From: Macrostomum lignano
Taxonomy: Eukaryota
Reading direction: 5' to 3'
Length of the DNA stretch: 50,177 nt
NCBI GenBank assembly: GCA_002269645.1
Contig: NIVC01000033.1
Coordinates: 1 to 50,177, forward strand
Positions 23,201 through 33,378 of the stretch are shown here, one piece after another. The notes below the pieces were generated by a model. It was not told where the DNA came from, searched no databases, and saw only the letters and a program-made list of their open reading frames with translations. The first letter of the stretch is position 1. Each line of letters opens with the position of its first letter. The position numbers and the translations under genes were made by a program.

Positions 23201-26200
23201 CAAGCGTAGGGATGCTGATACAAACAGTCAGAATGGACGCTAACTTTGAAGTTAGAACATAGGAAAACAACCTAAAGATATGCTCCACAGACACAGTTTT
23301 GTACCAAAAATACACTCAAAAGAGACAAGAGGCAAGAGACAAAAGCGCCCACCCTTTTCTCGGGAGAATTTCGTTTCAGTTTAGTGTCAAATTGGAGACT
23401 CTGGGCCATAGAAGTTCTGATGTGCGACTCAATGCTCAAGATCCCACAGGATCCCATCCGTCAGGAAAGTGAGAACAGGAACTGAGAACAGGGAACTGAA
23501 TGCTATGAAGTGGCATTAATCATACCAATGGAATTGCTCGTACCAATCATACCAAAGCGTTCTCCGTCATTCATTTGTCGAACCATTACGTCAACAGATG
23601 AATGGATTCCTCTAAGAACCGCTTCTGCCTCAAACCTCAAGTTTTCAAGAGACACTCGCTCTAGCATATCCTACTGTTGGAAAGTACGACGCTGAAAAGG
23701 CCCTTGAGCTCTTGAGTTTACCTTTGTTTTTTTTCATAAGTCAGAGAGCAATGCAAATGCTCTCAGTGATGGCCTAACCTGGAATCCATCTGGCAAGCTT
23801 ATCCCTGAAAACCGATTTCTAGAATTTGATTGTGCATATATAGGCTGTAGCCCTATACATAAACGGTTGCTGGAAAAGCAAACGAGCTGCTTGTAAGGTT
23901 GCAAGGAATTGCGATAAAAGATATTGGGATTGATTAGCGACTATTACAGCATTTTCTATAGTCACTCCATTGCTCAGTCTATAAGCACGTGAAGGGAACC
24001 TGCTCATAAATGCTTTTTTAATTCTTTGCATGCAGTTTTCGTGGTTGGGGGTTGGCGTTTTGGCAGTGGCAGAGAGCTAGCAGAAAAATGCGGGATTAAA
24101 CGATTCTGGGACTGACTATTGATTGATGCCAATAAAAATCGTGCAGCTTTGTGTTGGAGGCCAGCACAAAAGCTGCAGTTGCTGACCGACACAGAAGCAG
24201 AAAATGTATCCCTAATAGAAATTGAAGGCTTTTCGGCTGATTGTTGCCATAATTTTAGCTCAGGTGTCTACAGACTGGCGCTCATAAATCATATTGAAAA
24301 TATTCTGCCACTTTGCATCTATTACCAAGCGTATTAAATAATATGCTCTACTCTGCTAATCTCATCACAGGTATTAACTGGGCATCCTCTGCTCCGCTAA
24401 TTGCCTGTGGTCTTCACTTGGCATCTTTTCTACCGGTATTATACGAGGGGTTTCCAATAATAGCAGTTAAAATTCGATGTACCGACTGAACGCGAAGGCA
24501 GAATCTAATGTAACTGGCATCACTGAATTTATAAACATTCCACAGTTCTAATAGACGTTTATTTCTGTAAAAGTTATGGCTAAAGCTGTAACAAGGGGTA
24601 AAGGGTAAAGTTACGCCAAGCCGAAGCCATACAGTCTGCCATGCAGAATCGCCATCAACTGATGTGTTTTGGACAAAGTGCATGGCACGTTAGACAAACA
24701 AATTCACCTTCCGAATCAGTTGCATTGCTGATGAAGAGTTTGAATGGCCAGGGTTGGCTGTCATCAGCCCCATCCGTTCGTCCATGATGGAACTCCATCA
24801 ACCCAGCGATTTATTTTAGCTGGCTAACGATTTCGCTTCCTTGCTTCTCCCATTGCCAGTGTAAGGGTGGCTTATTGCTGAAAAAGAGAGAGCTAGGCGG
24901 TGGCAGATGGCTTCCCTCTACGTATGTGAAGGTGTTTGTGAAGCGCAGCTTTGTCTCTGGATCCACCAGTTGGCGTGTCTTGCAGTCGACTAGCAATCCG
25001 TAGTGCGATAGAAAGTCATAGCCAAGTATGGGCTGAACCAAGGCGGCCGACAAGTAGGTCCAGCGGAACGAGCGGCCGGAATTAGTGCACCTGTTTCTTT
25101 ATTAAGGAACTTTTTAGAATTAAAATTTTAACGCTGTACTGAATTTTTTCTTGGAATTTAAAGTACATGTTTTTTCTAAATTTGGATACGCATTGCGCAA
25201 CACCAGTTTTCTATTGGGAGCGCACAAAGTGGCGTTGACCTTTTCGCAGGAAACACCAAATGTCAAAAAGATCACCGTATGGTCCAACTCACGAGCTCGA
25301 CTTGGTGTAACTCTTAAACTCTTATCTACCTGTCAGATCACCCTGACAGGTATTTTATATGATACAGGGGGCTGTGTGCACATTGGTGCACTCTAAGCGA
25401 CATTGTTATACAACCGCCGAGAGGCATTGCTGCCAATTCCCTGAGCCAGCACACAAGCGCGCGGATGCGTACGCAGTCGTACGTTTAAGCACACTCACAC
25501 AGGAGTGTTCCGCGGCCGGCAGTAACACCTTTACTATCTTTAGGCATGTGCCTTAGCGGTTGGCCCTCAAAGGAGACAATGAGCAGACTCAAGCAGAGAT
25601 TCCAGAATCGAGCCTGGGCCGCTGGCACATACTGTAAGGGCACTGTGCTAGAACATTGTAGGCTGCAGCCCCCTTCATCCGGCAAACAGCTCAATTTCAA
25701 CAGCTGACTGATTTGCAAACAATCAACCCCTTCCAGCGCAAGCCGCTGTACTACGAGATCAACCTCATCATGCCCTGCATCGCCATCCTCATTGTGGCCC
25801 TGTTCGGCTTCCGACTGCCGCCCGAGTCCGGCGAGCGGATCTCCCTGTCCGTCACGGTGCTGCTGGCGCTCAGCGTGTTTCTGCAGCTGGCCAGCGAGCA
25901 CACGCCGACTCAGAGCGACGTTGTGCCGCTCATGTGTGAGTCTGCGGGTCCTGCGCTACCCCAGCTTTGTAGCTAATTGTTTAGCCTGTAAAACTTATTT
26001 AATTGTTTGCAGATATTTCTGCACTTGTTAGCACCAGTTCCCTCACACTGAGCAAACACAGGGCTGAAAATGCTCTGGCAGGGCAAGATAAAACCGCACG
26101 CTAAAAGTACACAGACAGGTCATGGCTACAGCCGGTCAGGCGAGAGCAGTGTGACTCATACAATAGGATAAACTGTTGCTAAGGCCACATGGGTTTGTAG

Positions 26201-29199
26201 CTAACAGGGGTTTTAGCCTAGTGGATGGAGCGTCGGACTCCCGGCTGAAAAGTCAGGGGTTCCATTCTCGACCCACTTGAAAAAATTTGAGCGAAGACAC
26301 TCAGCTCTGCATTGCTTCAGTTCACCTAACTGTAAGATGGATTTCAGCATTAGCTGGGGGTCATTGAGGATGTGTGGTAACCCCCAGTCCTTGGACTGAA
26401 TAGTTGTACGCAGCCTTCAGATGCGCCGCGCAATAGCTGCGGCTGAGCTGTTTGGTTGCACATCATACAGCGGCCCTGACTTTCTTCTAATCGTCAGACA
26501 TGTGCATTGTGAACTCTCTTAGCCTTGAATGTTGGCCCTCATTTGGGGTGTGAATTGAACAACAACCCCGGCCAATTTCCGTGAGGTGAGCAAGCTCTAA
26601 ACTATTGGAACCAGTGTCGTGGGCTTGAGAGCCAGCGTTTTTGAGCGTACCACGGAGCTGTTAAGCTTATACTTATACTCTAGTCTCTGAAACTGAATAC
26701 AGTGGGCTTAGTAGGCATACACTAGAGATACTACACGTACTACACATACACTTTTCAGCCCGCTACTTCATGGTCGCCATCGGCATGTCCTCGTTGTGCG
26801 TTCTGGGCAGCATCCTGGTGCTGCTGCTGCAATCCAACGGCAAGCAGGCCAAGCGAATGGGCCACCGAACTGAGCTGTTCTTCACTCTGCTGTGCCGCCT
26901 CATCTGCTATCCGGGCTTCCAGGAAGCTGGAGCGAATGCCAGCGGCTGCAGAGGTGACGGAGGCACCCACGGAGGCATCAGGCACCAGAATCGCGTCAAC
27001 AGGCGCTCGGTAGGCTATCGATTTTCTAAGAATCATTTTAGTGCAGGAAGCTCAGTTCCATGGAACAATTAAACTTCCAGCGTTTTTAAGATGAGTGTAC
27101 GGAGTTGTAGTGTCAGTGGAGGTTTCGAAGCCCCAGCTCACTGTTACTCTCACTCTTACTGTTGCTATTATAAAGAGAGCGGTCTCTGGGTGTTGGGACG
27201 CTCCGAGTAGATAAATTGCCTTCTTTGGCATTTGGAACGCGTAGTTTCGGCCTGATGCAGCGTGGGGTGCTGGGAGTTCACAAAGCACTCCTATGCAAGT
27301 ACAGGTAGCAGTAATGAAAGCAATACCGAATGATACCTCTGGTCCCGTAACTATATATGCTACCGAACAGCCAATAAGGATGCAATAGCCTTTACTGATA
27401 CGACTAGGGTAACAGTTCGAGCAATTGCAAATGTATAAATATAGTGGCAGCACTTACCAGTCGAGTCAGTTCTACACCATTTTACCTTCAATTTCATTCT
27501 CAAAACTCCAATTCACTTTAGACAATCAAAAGTTGAACTTCGACACTTCTAGCTCTGTACATGTAAATCTACGAGTTGCTGCAATTTCAGACAAACTCCT
27601 TTTCAATATCGACAGAAAGCGCAAATTTGTATGAGGAAGAAAGCCTATACAAGCGTATGTTGTTGGCACTGACAAAACTCCATTTCCTTTCCGTCAAAAT
27701 GCAAATAATATCCACAATCTATTGACGCAACTTCTATTAACTCTGGTTCACTTTCGTCAAAGTACGTCAAAGTAGTGAATCAGAGTTTATAGAAGTCTTC
27801 TGATTGTCTAAGGTGAATCGAAGTTCGAATAAAATTGAAGGAAAACTTGTGTAATTGCAATAGCCTTCTGTTTGTACTGACCGCTGGGATTTAATCCGTT
27901 TATTTCCCGTCTCTTCGCAGTGAAATGGATTTTCGAAATAACCGCCTTTACGCAAATCGGCCAATAAATATACTCAAACACCGGCCCGAACAAAAGGGGG
28001 AGAGAGAAACAGGGCAAGGGGCACAGCCAATCACGCGGAGGGCAGAGCCACGCAGGGCTGAAATACATCTGAGAGATAAGAAAAAAGGCTCACTGCCAAC
28101 CAATCAGCTTCCAGCACAGGCGCGCACGATAGGGTGGGGCCTAATGGACATGGCGTCAACCCCCTAACCAAGTCCGCACTGTTTTGGAGGGGTCTACGAC
28201 GTTTCCCAGCCGGACGTTTGCCAGCCGACGTTTGCCAGCCGACGTTTGCCAGCCGACGTTTGCCAGCGGGACGGTTGCCAGCCGACGTTTGCCTTTACTT
28301 TAGACTTTAGTTGTGAGACGCTTCGTTGTCTTCTTATTGACCTTGATGTCAGTGACGCTTTGGTGCTGCTAGTTTGGACAGTTTTAGTTACATCGGCTGC
28401 TTTGGTATCTGTTACTAAAACCTACTTAAAATATCAAGAAGACGAAGAGTGTTCTAGTGAGCAGTAGTTTGTTAGTATCCTGTATAACCTGTCCGCAGTT
28501 TTTTTAAATGCAAGTACATGTAAGCCTATAGAGAGGGCATAATTCTTTAACAAGTGTCCGGCTGGTAAAAGTCCCGCTGGCATACGTCGCCGGCAAACGT
28601 CGCTATCCCGTTTTGGAGTGGCTGGCCCAAAGAGCCAAACTAAAACTGAGCAGTGCCCATGCACTATAGAGTCTTGCGAAGAATTAAAATCAACATAACA
28701 ATGAGCCATTTACTAGAAAAATGTCACGCATAATTCTTTTATTTTGCAGATTAGCCCGAGCAAAAGCAGCAACGGCAGAAGCAACAGCAGAGGCAAAAAC
28801 ACCATTTCACCGACAGCCTCGTCTACCATCGTGTCCAGCAGCATGGATGTGGAGGAGATTGACATTGATGAACTGCGCGTCCGAGCTGAGCGCAGTTCGA
28901 CTGCTGATGTGCCGCCGCCACCGTCTCCTCAGCTGCCGCCGCCGCAGTGGGCGGCTGATGCTCTGAACCGAGTCAGCTCAACCCTGACGGAGATTCATCT
29001 GGCCATGGCCCAGTCGAAGGACTCCAAGCGATGGGAGCGACGTTGGGAGGACGCCGCCCAGGTCACGGACAGGCTGATGTTCTACATCTCCATGGTGGGC
29101 TTCATCGGACTCATCCTGACCGTCTTGATAGTCCGACCCAGCGAAGCCATTAGCGCCGCCACCGACTGCAAGCAGTTTCGCACCGCCTCGATGACCTGA
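20254..29199 (+). CDS. Gene B: alpha-type nicotinic receptor-like subunit; join(20254..20469,20876..20920,20992..21119,21208..21544,25737..25935,26759..27009,28750..29199), 541 aa
   Basis: Same intron phases and internal exon sizes (45,128,337,199,251) as gene A; 1626 nt spliced ORF; Cys-loop CPINVQLFPYDKQVC, YACCDAPY, ESGERISL, four TM segments. Confidence 0.93.
22853..23029. mobile_element. MITE-like foldback, 46-bp arms (45/46 identical), probable TA target duplication
   Basis: 22853-22898 is the reverse complement of 22984-23029; 85-bp spacer; TA on both outer ends. Confidence 0.7.
24930..25060 (-). mobile_element. Ty3/gypsy aspartyl-protease C-terminal fragment
   Basis: VQPILGYDFLSHYGLLVDCKTRQLVD matches the gypsy protease pattern PILGxDFLxxxxLLVD. 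Confidence 0.6.
25365..25655 (-). mobile_element. tRNA-derived SINE, diverged copy of the 30786-31142 family
   Basis: Reverse complement shares ggctcgattc (B-box like), caagcgcgcggat, cacactcacacaggagtgt and gaggcatt-ctgcc blocks with 30786-31142. Confidence 0.7.
26207..26464 (+). mobile_element. tRNA-derived SINE with CORE-like domain
   Basis: A-box-like tagcctagtgga, B-box-like ggttccattctc, then a body shared with 853-1040. Confidence 0.75.
28190..28609. mobile_element. Mutator-type MITE (420 bp) with subterminal gacgtttgccagcc repeats, intron 6 of gene B
   Basis: 9-bp TSD gttttggag (28181-28189 and 28610-28618); GGG...CCC termini; the repeats occur in opposite orientation at the two ends. 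Confidence 0.8.
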
Positions 29200-29391
29200 C
29201 AGAGAGATCTGACCGAGTATTCCGCCAGATTTAAAGTAGAAATGCCACAAAAACTGTTTGCAGTCATTTCTTTGTGCGCTCGAATGGACCTGAGCAGGTT
29301 CGAACTCGCATCAAACATAATAACATTACCGTTGTAAGAAAGGAAGCCAATTACCAGTTACCTGAGTTCGACTCCGGGCTTCATCTATACC

Positions 29392-29397
29392 AATAAA
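29392..29397 (+). promoter_or_regulatory. Candidate polyadenylation signal of gene B
   Basis: AATAAA about 190 nt after the stop; position only. Confidence 0.3.
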
Positions 29398-30330
29398 AGT
29401 GAAAGCCCTGTCTGTCTGTGTCTGTGTACGAATTACTTCGCTATGGACTCCCAAACTGCTCAACCAAATTAAACTAAATTTTACACCCACCCTAAACCGT
29501 AGATCTTATATTCCGAAAAGTGTCATAGGCCAACGATCATATATACACAAGATGGGCCACTCATTAACCGCTAATGTGGCCATAGAAGTAAATGTGAAAA
29601 AAATTTGCAACTCGCGACAGCGCGAAAATCAACTACTGAACTCAATTTCGTTAGTAGTTTCTGCAGTGCATGAATCATTCGTAGTTGGATTGAGCATAGC
29701 TTTTTATTTAATTCATGAGAAATTCTATCAAATTCTCAAAAAATAGTTTCTATGTCCCTAAGCTACTGAATTCAAAATTTAAGCAACCCATGTTGGCTTT
29801 TTCGCACAAGTGACGAAAAACAGCAGTCGCGCTTTCTCTATTGCTGCAATACAAAGTGGCCTATCTAGGAAATAGAAGATCTATATGTCATAAGTTACCT
29901 TAAATTTTCCTAAATCTAGTCTTCCTACCTAAAAAGCAAAAAAACTGCTAAAAAGTGGATTTATTTACTAATTCCACCATAGCGCCGCTCCACTTTAACC
30001 AATCCTCTTCAAACTTGATACAAACAATCTTCAACTATTTTGACACGATCGTGTAAAATTTTAAAGTTAATCCCGAACGGCGCTGTGAACTTTTAAAGTT
30101 AGTCTGCTTTTTTTCAGGGGAGCACGAGAGAGCACGAGGCAGGAAGTTTTCCCGCGGGAGGTTTTCCCGCAGCGAGTATTTCCCGCTAGAGGATTTCCCG
30201 CCGAGACTTCCCGCAGCGAGGTTTTCCCGAGAGAATTTTTCCCGCAGGGTTTTTCCAGTCCAAATTTCAAGTCAAATACAGTCTGTAGACAATGCTAGAC
30301 TAGATTAGAACTAGCCTAGACAAGATTATA

Positions 30331-30714
30331 CTAGACTGGATTGGACTAGACTAGACTGGATTGGACTAGACTGGATTGGACTAGACTAGACTGGATTGGA
30401 CTAGACTAGACTGGATTGGACTAGACTAGACTGGATTGGACTAGACTAGACTGGATTGGACTAGACTAGACTGGATTGGACTAGACTAGACTGGATTGGA
30501 CTAGACTAGACTGGATTGGACTAGACTAGACTGGATTGGACTAGACTAGACTGGATTGGACTAGACTAGACTGGATTGGACTAGACTAGACTGGATTGGA
30601 CTAGACTAGACTGGATTGGACTAGACTAGACTGGATTGGACTAGACTAGACTGGATTGGACTAGACTAGACTGGATTGGACTAGACTAGACTGGATTGGA
30701 CTAGACTAGACTAG
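30331..30714. repeat. 20-bp minisatellite (ctagactagactggattgga)n
   Basis: 16 consecutive perfect units at 30381-30700, preceded by 15/20/15-bp variants. Confidence 0.95.
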
Positions 30715-30724
30715 TCCACCCTAA

Positions 30725-31307
30725 GATATCCCTCAGATTCAACCTTAGATATCCCTCAGATTTACCCTTAGATATCCCACCCTTAGGGGGGCCGTAGCCC
30801 AGCGGTAGCGCAGCTGCTCTGGTGTGCCGCGACCCAGGCTCGATTCCAAGTGCAGCCACATTAATTTGGGCCTGAATTGGAATTTCGGCTTGGCTCGCCT
30901 GTGCAATTAACGGCCTTGAGAGCCAACCCCCCAAGGCGCAGTGAAGTGTACATGCCTAACAATTGATAAAATTAGGGCCGCTGTACACTCCTGTGTGAGT
31001 GTGTGTCTGCGTAACGTATCCGCGCGCTTGTATGCCTGCTCAGGGGAGTCGGCGGAATGGGCAGTAATGCCTCTCGCCGGTTGTGTGCCTATGTCGCTTA
31101 AAGTGCGCCAGGGTGCACACACCCCCCTGCCTCTAATAAAAAATCCCACCCTCAGATATCCCTCAGATTTACCCTTAGATATCCCTCAGATTCACCCTTA
31201 GATATCCCTCAGATTCACCCTTAGATATCCCTCAGATTCACCCTTAGATATCCCTCAGATTCACCCTTAGATATCCCTCAGATTCACCCTTAGATATCCC
31301 ACCCTTA
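30725..31307. repeat. 23-bp minisatellite (gatatccctcagattcaccctta)n, split by a SINE insertion
   Basis: Two units plus a 15-mer at 30725-30785; six units plus the same 15-mer at 31155-31307. Confidence 0.9.
30786..31142 (+). mobile_element. tRNA-derived SINE (357 bp) with about 12-bp TSD
   Basis: tagcccagcggtag (A box), ggctcgattcc (B box), A-rich end taataaaaaa; flanked by atcccaccctta (30774-30785) and atcccaccctca (31143-31154). Confidence 0.8.
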
Positions 31308-31599
31308 GTTTAGACGCTAGACTAAACTAGGCTAGACTAAGCTAGGCTAGACTAAACATTAACTAGACTAGATTAAAAAAGACTAGATTAGAACTAGATT
31401 AAGCTAGATTTCAAATCCGATTGGATTGGAAATTCCAACTGGAAAAAACCTGCAGGAAATGCTCGCGCAGGCAAACCTCGGCGGGAAAACTTCCTGCGGG
31501 AAATTCTCATAGACTCTTTGTTTGTTTTGTCAGCGAGACAGCCACCATAACAACCGCCTCTCCCCCTTCCCTTATCTGGCCAGATGTGTAAAAGGGGTT

Positions 31600-33127
31600 T
31601 TAAAATTGACTAACTTTCGGCTGCCATAAGTTTGCTCCATGTGATCTTCCTGCAGCGTGATCTTCCGTAGGGAAGAAAGTGGCTCGTCTTGTCGCCCGAA
31701 GGAACTGGACGAACCGTGGGATGCTGTCGGGCTGGCAGACCTCGTCAATGGACGGGTTCGGCCCGAGGTAGCGTAGCTGGTTTCTCGTAAAAAAGAGCAG
31801 TGGCAGACAAAGTGCTGAGCATATTCGTTGTCATATTAGCAAAAAGGGAAAAGTTCAGTCTCGAGGTCGCCTCGGAGAAAGCAGTGTCTGTCGAGGTAGC
31901 CATGGCCTGTAAGGGTCATGGCAAGGGCGCGAATTTTGTTCCTTGAATACGAGTATCCTTCCGGTTTTGGTTGAGAAGGATGTTCCTGAGCCTGCGAGAG
32001 GAGCACGGAACAGCGACTGCTAACAGTTCTGGGTGCCCGCCCATCTATCCCTGTGAAGGGGATCACAGGGAATGTGCCCGTAGATGGGATAGGGACCAGG
32101 GGCTCAGAGCCTAGGAAGGAGCCAGCGCCGCCCCTCTTAGCGAGGATGTTTGCCAACTCGTTTCCAAAGAACCCTGCGTGCCCTGGGATTCACTTCAGCC
32201 TGACAGTATTGCTACTGGCCAGGAGGTTGAGCTGCCGGGCACAGTCAGCGACTGTCCGGGAGTTCGTGTTGGTGTGGCAAAGGGCCTGTAAGGCCGCTTG
32301 GCTGTCAGAGTGGATGACGATAGTCTCTCCTCTCGTACCCTTGGCCCATTCAGCTCTGCAGCGCAGGAGCTGATAGCAAGGACTTCGTTTTGGAAGACCG
32401 TAGAAAGTCTGTCAGTGTGCTGGGGTGTGCTGTCCTGCTAAAAAAAACTATTTGTGGCCGTGCGATGGCTGAACATGTACATGATCCACCTGGGGAGATG
32501 TGAGTGCGTTTTCCTCTCACAGGGGGCTCTTTGGAACGTTATCGAAGGGACTAATGATATTCAGGAAGATCCCCAGAGCGAAGCCGTTTCCAAGCATGGC
32601 CTTCTCTAGTTTATCGACCAGGACAGGCAACGCGCTTTCGGTGGAGCTACCCGCCCGAAAGGCGTGCTGGTTCTCGCTGAGAGGCTTCTCTTCAGCTCCC
32701 CAGAGAGAAGGCGCCAGAGCATCAGTCTCTCCATCAAGCTTGACCATGGAGGTCAGTCGGATCGGTCTGAAGGATTTGATAGAATGGTATTCCGGGCGCC
32801 CTGGCTCAGGGATAAAAATCCCCTTTGCCTCGGTCCAAGCCTGGGGGACATAACGAAGCGTTATGCATGGCCGAGAAAGGCTGCAAAGTTTACGCAGGAA
32901 ACCTGGGCATTTAACCGCCTCTCTTAGGAGGGCAGGTACGATACCTTCGGGTCCTGGAGCTTTGAAAGGTTTGAATGAGTTAGCCGCTCTTCTCGTGATG
33001 CTGTCCTCCGTGATGACAGAGGCAGCCAGAGCGTGACCTCCTTCCAAGTGATCCGGAGTGGTCTGGTTAGCCGTCTCCTTGGGGAAAAACGCAGAGAGCA
33101 TTACGTCAAGCGTATCCCTGGGTTATC
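31600..33127 (-). mobile_element. Old LOA-clade LINE 'E0', 3' part (RT fragment, RNase H fragment, C-terminal Cys/His region); degenerate
   Basis: SFKPFKAPGPEG, SFRPIRL, QHAFRAGSSTESAL, AMTLTGHG; continues in frame into 38013+ across the E1 insertion. Confidence 0.85.
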
Positions 33128-33378
33128 GCATACGAAGGCGTATTCAGCATGCCAGTGAAGTATGAGACAGACTAGGCCTACGAGCCATGGTCTGCGATGC
33201 TTCACGCCTGCCCCTATCTTTAGCAGGTCAAGGCTGGTGGGAGGTCTGCACCCTCTATTTGCTTCCGGCAGCTGCAGACCCCCCCCCCCCACGCTGTCTC
33301 GCAAGTCGACCCAGTGGTACTCGTCCCCGCGTGTGTTCAAGGCAGACCCTAGGGCTGCTGGACAGACTGGGCTCCGGC
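33128..33378 (+). ncRNA. HDV-like self-cleaving ribozyme at the 5' end of LINE E1 (two mismatches; possibly inactive)
   Basis: P1 gcatacg (33128-34)/cgcgtgt (33328-34) with G1-U wobble and one A-C mismatch; P2 33305-14/33367-78; P3 tgg/ccc (one mismatch); L3 UACUCGU; G33335 for P1.1; P4 33337-62; J4/2 CAGA. Manual fold. Confidence 0.7.

Larger units (their letters stand above)
30138..31500. mobile_element. Foldback-like non-autonomous element with (TTTCCCGC)n arms, filled with minisatellites and a SINE
   Basis: gcaggaagttttcccgc...gaggttt arrays at 30138-30260 are mirrored as reverse complement at about 31440-31510. No TSD could be defined. Confidence 0.5.

Noticed and set aside
30786-30860. 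tRNA gene (also 26207-26290)
   Set aside because: A and B boxes are present, but I could not fold a full cloverleaf. Each continues into a body repeated elsewhere in the window, and one has a TSD and A-rich tail. These are SINE heads.
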